This document shows, piece after piece, positions 55,307 through 64,000 of a stretch of DNA of 64,000 nt. A program made the position numbers and the translations under genes. The notes under the pieces are model-generated. The model was not told where the DNA came from. It did no database searches and saw only the letters and a list, made by a program, of their open reading frames with translations. The DNA lies in contig CDRNVI010000143.1 in assembly GCA_977017575.1 (NCBI GenBank), positions 124,001 to 188,000 of the forward strand, written 5' to 3'. Numbering within the stretch: the first letter of the stretch is position 1; the number at the start of each line of letters is the position of its first letter. Source of the stretch: Paramoeba atlantica. Taxonomy: Eukaryota > Protista > Discosea.

Positions 55307-57476
55307 ACTATTTTTTTTTCCAAAAAAAAAAGACTATTTTTTTCTTCTTCCCCCAATTGGGAAAAAAGAAAAAGTAGCTTCGAAAAGAATCCAAAGTATT
55401 TCATCAATTTTTTGTTTCAAAAAAATAAGTTTTTTGTTTTTCGTTAGAATTCAATTTTCCAACAAAGAAATCCTCTTTGCAATTTCTCATTGAACCTCTT
55501 CATGAAATAGTTTGAAAACAAATGTATTCTGTTTCCAAGTTTTCAAAAGAGAGAGAAATAAACTGAAAGAAAAAGATAATTCTTTTTATTTTTTTTTTAT
55601 TTCCAGAAAAGGAAAAGAAAAAAAAGAAAAGAAGAAAAATAATTTTCTTATTCAGAAATTGAAGTTGGTTGTTTTTTCTGTCTTTTTAATCAACAAAAAA
55701 ATCACCTTCCACAAATTCAATTTTGTTTTGTTTCAAAATTTGAAACAGACAAAATAAAAATAACTCCCACATTTTTTTGAATTTTATTGTCTGAAGTTAC
55801 AAACAACTCCAAGCAAAAAATGTCACAAAAATGTCTGAGATATTTTTCAATGAAAAGAGATCCAAACAAAACTGAGATTGACCTTTTAAACTCGATTCAA
55901 ATCTGTTTTTACTCTCTTTTCTTAATATAGACATTACAAAAAGTCACGATTGAATAGGACTATGTTTTCCTTCCATTTACAATAAGAGAGAGCATCTATG
56001 AGGTATGTAACCCCTCTGAGAAGAAAGAGCAGCTTTTTTGACCCAGAAAAGCTAATTTTGGAGTTCCAAAAAAGTGGACCAATCAAATAATGCCACGTCA
56101 TTTCTTTACTTACCCATTTTTTCCCCCAAAAAGTCTTATTTTATTCTTCTTTGTTCTTTCTTTTGAACAACCCTTTTTTTGTTCTTTCACCTCTCAACTC
56201 ATGAGTTTGTTTTTCCCTTTTCCTTTCTCTTTGTATCAAAAAAGAATTTCCACAAAAAGTTCAAAGGAAATCATAAACCCCCACACCACACCACACTCCA
56301 CACACCACACACACTATGAAAAACAAAAAAAAAATTGAGAATGAAATCAAGAATTTAATTTGAAAAAGAGAACAAAACACTTTTTTATTTCTTCAACATA
56401 ACAAGTGAGCTTTGTGAAATTTGTTTTTGTGTGGTGTGGTGTGGCCAAGAGGGGGGGGGGGGGGTAGTAGAGAAACACTCCTCTTTTATCCACACTCAAA
56501 CCCACAACAACATTCAAATTGAGGGTGGGTCCATCATTTTAAGAAAAAAGAAAGGAAGAAAAAAGAAGGAAGAAAAAAGATGAAAGAAAGAAAAAGGAAA
56601 AAAAAAAGAAGAGGAAAAAAAAAAAGTTTCATCTGGCAACACAAAAGAGAGAACAAAGCAGCTGTGTGCATTGTGTGTGGTTATATGTAATCTGTATATT
56701 TCCACAACACTCATCCTCACTCCTTTGAAAAATGTTCCAAAGAGGCTGTAACATTTGTTTCTGTGAACAAATATTAAAGCCTTTTTAGTTTTTTTTCAAT
56801 ATATCCATTGCAAATTTACCACCCCACCCCCCCCCCCAAAAAACCAAAATAGACCTTGCCCCTCTTCTATTTTATTCCATCCCTAAAACCTTGTCAACAC
56901 AACCCCACCCCCTCCAATATTTAACCATCCCCACAATTATCCATATTATCCAACAGGGTTGACCCATCCAAAGAAAAATAGAAGAAAAAAAGAAGAAAAA
57001 AAGAAAAAAAAGAAAAAAAAAGAATAAATCATCACTACTTTGAAAAGTGTTCCAAAGAGGCTGCAACATTTGTTTAGATAAACAAATATTATAGCCTTTT
57101 TAGTTTTTTTCAAGACCCCATGCAAATTACCACCCCCCAAACCAAAATACACCTTGCCCCTCTCCTATCAATTCAACCCCACCCCCTCCAATATTTAACC
57201 ATCCCCACAATATGTTATCCAACAGGGGGGTGACCCATCTAAAAGAAAAAGAAAAAGAAAGAAAAAGAAAAAGAATAAATAAATAAAAAAAAAATCTCCA
57301 CCCAAACAGGTGTGGTTTCCATCAAAAAACAACAAACACAACAACAATATAACAACACATGAACAAATAAAAATATCCACAACCAAAAATCAAACGACAC
57401 AAACAACAACCAAGTACTACAATTAAAGAATAAGAAGAATATAACAAAAACAATAAGAAATACCAACACATTAATC

Positions 57477-57533
57477 CACCAACCAACCAACCAACCAACC
57501 AACCAACCAACCAACCAACCAACCAACCAACCA
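57477..57533. repeat. (CCAA)n microsatellite, ~14 units
   Basis: Read directly. Confidence 0.9.
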
Positions 57534-59737
57534 AATAAAAAAATAAACATAAAAAGAATAACAAACATTCAACAATATTCAACAACAGCCAGACACATAC
57601 ACTAAACAAATAAATAAAACCAAACAAACACAACAAACAATTCACAATTAAAACCAAAAAAATATAACCTGATAATACCACAAACAAAAATACAAAACAC
57701 CACCACCCCAACAAAAAACAACCAACAAATGCAACAACCAACAAAACATAAAGGAAGAAAAATAGAAAACCCAAAATGGTGGGCACAAAGACCTTTTTAT
57801 TAAATCTTTGCTGATGACAGATTCCCTCCTCCTTCTTGTAAAACATGGTATGATAAACAATTAAACAAACAAACAAAACAAACAAACACAAACCTCTCTC
57901 CCCCCCTCAAACAACAAACAAACAACAAGTAGTAACAACAAATAACAACAATCAGAAAAACTTAAACAGTAACAAAATGACAATAACAATAACAACCAAC
58001 AAGATATTAACAACCAACAACCACAACCAACAATCAACAACCAACCAATAAATAACAACCAACAACCAACAACCAACAACCAATAATAATAATTTAAACA
58101 GCAACATAAAAATAAAAACAATCAACAATCAACAATCAACAATCAACAATCACAACACAAACAAATAACATCACAACAATATTTAACCCCAACCAAACAA
58201 ACATCAACAACCAAAAGCAAAATCAAACAACTCAACAAACTAAAAAACAAACAAGAAAAACAAGAAAAAAGAAAAAAGAAAAATAGAACCCAATGTCTCA
58301 ATGGGTGTTTCACTCTTTGCTGATAACACACAGATCATTCTCCTTTTGTATCACAAAGGACCAACAAATACTAATTATTCAACAAACAAGCAAACAAGCA
58401 AACAAGCAAACAAAAAACAAACAACAATAATCAGAAAAACTTAAACAGCAATGAAACAACAATAACAACACAACAAGCCAACAAGATATTAACAACAACC
58501 AACAACAACCAACAACAACCAACAACAACCAACCAACAACCAACAACCAACAATCAATCAACAATCAACAATCAACAATCAATCACCAATCATAATCACA
58601 ACACAAACTAATAAAATAACAATACAGCAATAATTAACCTCAACCAAATAAATATCAACAACCAAAAAAAGAACAACCAAAAAAAAATCGGTTGCCACAA
58701 ACACCCTCCCTCCTCTTTTAAATTAACAAGAGGGGAGTGTCACTCTTCTTATCTTCCTGAGGTTGTGAGAGGTGGTTCCACACATACAAATCAAAACAAA
58801 ACTGGGAAATCGCCAAACAGAACCAGGGAGATGCCATTGTCACTGTCGAAACCCCCAACAACAACAAAAAGAAAACACAATGTAAAGGAAAAAAGATCAA
58901 ACAAAAAAGGTACAAAAAAAAGAGAAAGAGAAACAAAAAAGGTACAAAACAAAAATCATTTTTAAAAGGTCTCCCTTTTCCAACCATTTTCACACCTCTC
59001 TCTCCTAAAAACAGAGAGCCATTGTGTTTTGAAGAAAAGACAACTCCCCCCCCCAAGAGTTATACACTCTTTCTTTAGAGATCAAACAAAGGGGGCAAAG
59101 GAAACAAAGGAAGAATAACAAGAAAAAGATAACAATAAACAGAATGGGTGAGGAATCAAAAAAGAATGACACAAAGAATAAAACAGGAGGCAACAAAAAA
59201 AGAGAAAAAAAAAACCTTCAACAAAACTGTTCTTATCCCAAGGATGGGGGGGGTCCCTCCCATGTACTCTCTCCCTCCCTCACATCACACTCTTTTGCAT
59301 CACCATCCATCCATCCAGCACACCAGCCCTTCGGTCCCCCAAGCCACCCAACGACGGAAGCTGGATAACTTCCAGGTGGGCTGACCATCAAAAAAAATCA
59401 AAGAAATTCTCTTTCTTTTTTCCTCTGTCAAACAAACACCAATGAACGAACACCTTCCCTTCTTCCCCTCTTTCTTTCTTTTCCCCCCTCCTCTCTCTCG
59501 CTCCTTCCTTCTCCCAAAAAAACACAAAAAAGAGGAGCAGCTTTTGGAGATCTAAATAAAAAAGAGGAAGCGCTATTTTTTAAATTGGGTTCAAACACCC
59601 AACATTTTTCTTTTTGACTTCCCAAAAAAATTAAGAGTTCGTGGCTAAATTTTTTTCTTTTTTTTTTTGTGTTTTCTCTTCTCTTCTCCCTTCTCTCTCT
59701 CTCTTCTCTGTCAGTGTCCCCTTCTTTTTCTTTTTTC

Positions 59738-59780
<43 letters not shown>

Positions 59781-60581
59781 CAAGAAATTTTTGATGATGT
59801 TGAAGGAAAAGTTGTTCTTCTCTTTGAACCCTCTTTTACTTCCGGCCCAGCCCCTGTTTTCTTTTTTTCTTTTCTTTGACTTCTTTTTTTCTTTCTTTTT
59901 TTCTTTTTCTTTTTTCTTTTTCTTTTTTCTTTTTCTTTTTTTCTTTACCATCAAAAAATCGAGAAGTTTGTGGCTAAATTCTGTTTGTTTGTTTGTTTTC
60001 TCGATTCTTTTTCTCTCTTTTTTCTCTTTTTTCTCTTTTTTCTCTTTTTTCTCTTTTTTCTCTCTCTTCTCCTCTCTTCTCCCTTCTCTCTCTTCTCCCT
60101 TCTCTCTCTTCTATCAGTGTCCCTTTCTTTTTTCTTTCTTTCTTTCTTTCTTTCTTTCTTTTCTTTCTTCTTTTTTCTCTTTAAGAAATTTTTGATGATG
60201 ATGCTGAGGAAAAGAGTTGTTCTTCTCTTCAAACCCTCTTTTACTTCCACCCCCTGTTTTCTTTTTCTTTTCTTTGACTTCTTTTTTTCTTTCTTTTTTC
60301 TTTCTTTTTTTTTTTTGTTTTACCATCAAAAAATCGAGAAGTTTGTGGCTAAATACTGTTTGTTTTGTTCTCTTTCTCTTTCTTTTTTCTCTTTTCTCTC
60401 TCTTTTCTCTCTCTTCTTGAAAGGAATTTTGATGATGATGTATTCAGGCAAGTTCTTCCTTGTCTTCTTTGTCAGAGTTACTCTTTTCTTTTTTTTCAGG
60501 AGAACAAACAAGAAAATTGGTTGAGAACTCCTTATTACTTGAGTGATTGTGTGATATATTTATATTTTGTGTGTGATATTA

Positions 60582-60633
60582 TTCATACTCTCTGGGTTCT
60601 TTGAATTCTCAAATTAGAACCCAGAAAGAATGG
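60582..60633 (+). repeat. Dispersed ~50-bp dyad element, copy 5
   Basis: TTCATACTCTCTGGGT-TCTTTGAATTCTCAAATTAGA-ACCCAGAAAGAATG. Confidence 0.8.
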
Positions 60634-61254
60634 AGAGTTGAAAACACAAAAACACCAGAACCCTCCCCCTTTCTCCTGGGGAAGAATCGCTCAAAAACAA
60701 GGGAGTTGGACCAGTTTTTGAAAAAAAAAAAGATGATTTTTTTTTGAAAAAGAAGAAGAAGATTAAAAGGATCAATTGTACAAGCTCTCTTTTGTGAATC
60801 TGGTTTCATCAGCCACTCCACTTGATGCCAATCACAATGACACAAAAAGAAAAAACAAAAAAAAAACAGAGGGCTTTTTGGAGACCTAAAATAAAAAAGA
60901 GGAAGCGCTATTTTTTTTTTTCCTGAGGGTTCCAAAAGAACCAACATTTTCTTTTTTGGCTTCCAGTTTTGGGGCCAAAATTTCTTTCTTTCATATTTTT
61001 CGCCGTTTCGTTGTTTTGTTTCTTTCTCATCTCTTTCTTTTCTCAGTTCTCTCTTGTTCCTCCTTTCTTCTCTTCTTCTGTTTCTCTTTTTTTCAAAGAA
61101 ATTTTTGGTGGTGGTGAATGTATTCAGGAAATGTTCTTCTTCTCTTCCGGCCACTTTTTCCTTTGTTTTCTTTTTCTTTTCTTCTTTTTTCTTTCAAGAA
61201 CTCCTTCATTACTACCCTGCTGAGTGTGTGTGATATTTGTTGTTGTTTTGGATG

Positions 61255-61308
61255 TTCATGCTCTCTGGGTTCTCTTTGAATTATCAAATTAGAACCCAGA
61301 AAGAATGG
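61255..61308 (+). repeat. Dispersed ~50-bp dyad element, copy 6
   Basis: TTCATGCTCTCTGGGT-TCTCTTTGAATTATCAAATTAGA-ACCCAGAAAGAATG. Confidence 0.8.
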
Positions 61309-61460
61309 AGAGTCTTTTTTTTTTGAAAAACACAAAACACACACCCCTCATTATTTTGAATTCCTTCTCCGAAACCAATCAAAAACGAGGAAGGCTGTTG
61401 AAATCAATTTCAAAAAAAAAAGGGGGGGGGGTTTAAAAGGAGAAAAAAAGAAGAGAAAGT

Positions 61461-61580
61461 GTCTTCGGTCATACCCAGTTGAAAGCACCCGATCCCATCA
61501 GAACTCGGAAGTTAAGCAGCTGTGGGCTCGGTTAGTAGAATGGTGGGTGACCACATTCGAATCCCGAGTGCTGAAGACCT
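61461..61580 (+). rRNA. 5S: 5S rRNA (identical to the copy at 13213)
   Basis: Same sequence and same ~17-nt upstream context AAAAAAAGAAGAGAAAGT; T-rich terminator. Confidence 0.95.
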
Positions 61581-61773
61581 TCTTTTTTCTTCTTTTTCTT
61601 CTTTTTTTCTCTTTTTTTTTTCTTCATTTTCTTGCTCCTCCGTATTAAAAAAGCTCTATTTTCCCCCCCTCCTCCCTCATTCTCCTTTTCTCAAAAAAGT
61701 TGTTTTTTTTCCCTCCCCACAGGGTTCATTTTGTTTTTCATCCCTTTTGTGATTATATTTTTGTGATCATATA

Positions 61774-61823
61774 TTCATACTCTCTGGGTCCGAATTTTCA
61801 AATTAGCATCCAGAGAGTATGAA
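61774..61823 (+). repeat. Dispersed ~50-bp dyad element, copy 7 (best conserved)
   Basis: 16-bp arm TTCATACTCTCTGGGT, 18-bp spacer CCGAATTTTCAAATTAGC, arm ATCCAGAGAGTATGAA. Confidence 0.88.
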
Positions 61824-62011
61824 AACAAATCCAAAAAGAAAAAACAAAAAAAAAACATTATCTCTCTTTTTTCCAGATCAAATCTTCCAATCTCCATTGG
61901 AACAAAAGAATCACAAGCAACAAACCTCTCCTCCGTTTCCCTCCTCTTGGGACTTCGAGAGAAGAGAGAGAGAGAAGGACACAAAAAAAATGGAAAATAT
62001 TTTTCAGAAAT

Positions 62012-62084
62012 GCACTAGTGGCGCAATTGGTAGCGCATCGGCCTTCTGAGCTGGTGGTTGTGGGTTCGAGTCCCTCCTGGTGCT
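62012..62084 (+). tRNA. trnR: tRNA-Arg(TCT), atypical
   Basis: GCACTAG/CTGGTGC acceptor; GCGC/GCGC D-stem; loop CT-TCT-GA; GGTTCGAGTC; T-T mismatch in the T-stem; T-run terminator. Confidence 0.82.
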
Positions 62085-62714
62085 TTTTTTTTTCTTTCTT
62101 CTCTCTCACCCTTTCTCTTTTTTCTTTCTCTCACCTTTTTCTCTTTTTTTTCTTCACTTTTCTCTCTTTTTCTTTCTCTACTCTCTTTTTTTTCTTTCTT
62201 TCACTCTCTCTCTTTTTTTTTCTCTCCTTCTCTCTTTTTTTATCTTCTTTTTCTTTTCCTTCCAAATTCCTTTTTCTTTTCTCTCTCTTTTTTGTTTTTC
62301 AAAGAGAAAAGGGAAAAAAAAGGAAAAAGGATTCAAAAAAAGAAGGAAAAAAAAAGAAAAAAAGGGAAAAAATAAGAAAAAAAAGGAAAGAAGGAAAAAA
62401 TGAAAAAAAAATGAAAAAAATGAAAAAAATGAAAAAAAAAAAAGACCTCTTGGTTTTGAGCTGGCGCAGATCACCACAACCCCAAGATCACACAACACAC
62501 CCACCGAGACGGATCCCCTGAAAAGAAAGGTGCCACAACCTGAGACAGGGAACAACAGCATGAATTGTTTTGGAAAAAGGAGAATGAAAGAGAAGAGAAA
62601 AGAGTGGGGAAAGGGGGAAAAAAAGGGAGAAACAAGAAAGAGAAACGAAAAAAAAAAAAACCAAAAAGCAGTTTATTGAGTTTACAAAAAGCATCTTCCA
62701 CGGTTTTCGATGTC

Positions 62715-62759
62715 CTGAAAAATTAAGGGATCTAAATCAGCGGTTCAACTGCTTTTTTT
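62715..62759 (+). repeat. Conserved 45-bp element ending in hairpin plus T-run, copy 2
   Basis: CTGAAAAATTAAGGGATCTAAATCAGCGGTTCAACTGCTTTTTTT. Confidence 0.75.
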
Positions 62760-64000
62760 GTTTCTTTTTTTTTTTGGTGAGCGACAAGAGAGGAAAGGAA
62801 AGAGAGAAGAGCAGCAGCGCAGGTGATAGAAGAGAGAGAAGAGAGAAAGAAAGAAAGAGAGGAGAGAGAGGAAAGGGAGGGAAGAGAAGAAAGAGAAGAA
62901 AGAAAGAGAAGAAAGAGAAGAAAGAGAGGAAGAGAGGAAAGAGAAGAGAAAGAGGAAGAGAGGAAAGAGAAGAGAAAGAGGAAGAGAGGAAAGAGAAGAG
63001 AAAGAGAGGAAACTTTCTTTGTTGGAGAAAGGAACTTTGTGTTTGAAAGGATCTCTTTTTCCTTTGGTTTCTTTTTTTTTTTTACCCTTTTTCCTTCTTT
63101 TTTTTTTTTCTTTTTTCCCCCCTGTTTTCCTTTTTTTTCTTTTCTGTTTCTCTCCTTTTTTTCTTTTCTGCTCTTTGATTTCTTTTTATTGCTGTTTTCG
63201 CCAAAAGTTGAATTTAGTTGGTAAACAACAATAAATTTCTTTTTAAAAGAAATTTTCTGTTTTTTCATCCTTTGTGTGTGGTGAGTGATGGGTTGAGAAA
63301 AAAATGTGAACAAGGCTGATGATTTTAGACAGCAGTGAATAATACACAATGTGTGATGTGGATCTACTAAGATTACTTTCTTGACTCAAAGTTTAGTGGA
63401 AAAAGGAGGTTGGTTGAGTTGAGTTGAAGTTGTGGCAGTGGCTGGCAACAGGGTAACTGGACTGGGATGAGGCAGGCAATACTGCTTGGGAGGGGGGGGT
63501 TCTTGGAAGAAGGTCTTCATACAATTACTGGGTGGTCCAGATGCAACTGGGTAGTTGAGATAAAGAAGATCCTGAATATATGAAATGTGATTCTCTTGGA
63601 GGTGATGGACCAGTGCACTACTGGAAGAGAAGACCTTCTTTCTCTTTGTCTGAGAAAAAGCAAGAAGAAGAGCCCTCTGGCCTGAAAGGTTTTGTTCAAT
63701 TTTTGGTCTGAATGAAGAGACAAACGCCAAACAACAATATCTTATTAGGATATTTTGTGTTCGTTTCCGTTCAGTTCCTTATTTGCACGTTTCTGGTTTG
63801 ACCAAGAGAATCGAAAGAGTTTTGTTTTCGAAGCTGCAAAGGATTTCCGTATTTACCGTTAATTCCTCAAGGCCAAATAAACTGGGAAAACAGAGAATGA
63901 TTTATTATTGTGAAGAGATTGCTTTGCGACAACCCTCACAATAAGATGACTGCATTGTAAGTTCAGTGAAGATGCGAATGTCAAAAAGGAATGTATGCAT

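Noticed and set aside
57477-57533. (CCAA)n as a telomeric repeat
   Set aside because: Short, interstitial and embedded in CAA-rich low-complexity DNA

Overview
Eukaryotic, AT-rich, low-complexity genomic DNA, probably from an amoebozoan-type protist (inferred from the ubiquitin sequence and the AT-expanded ~2.1 kb 18S; not confirmed). Well-supported contents: a 3-unit polyubiquitin gene; a PB1/coiled-coil gene; one complete minus-strand rDNA unit (18S-ITS1-5.8S-ITS2-28S); two identical 5S genes; five tRNA genes (Lys, Met, His, Gly, Arg); a ~7.1 kb perfect 193-bp satellite; and many mostly decayed transposons (CRE-clade RT/RLE retrotransposon ending in the 5S terminator, L1-like RT, two piggyBac copies, two hAT-like transposases, a Harbinger-like transposase interrupted by a poly(A)/TSD insertion, a CACTA MITE with 3-bp TSD). 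Most ORFs in the supplied track are artefacts of purine/pyrimidine microsatellites. Most interesting: (i) the CRE element carries RNase H-like motifs and HIT/AN1-like Zn fingers upstream of its RT and abuts a 5S gene; (ii) an unassigned ~270-nt hairpin-rich region near 46.9-47.1 kb with colinear micro-motifs reminiscent of HEARO/omega RNA; (iii) a dispersed ~50-bp dyad with an oriented spacer present 7 times; (iv) near-total CpG loss in old TEs but not in genes. All translations and counts were done by eye; no database search was possible.
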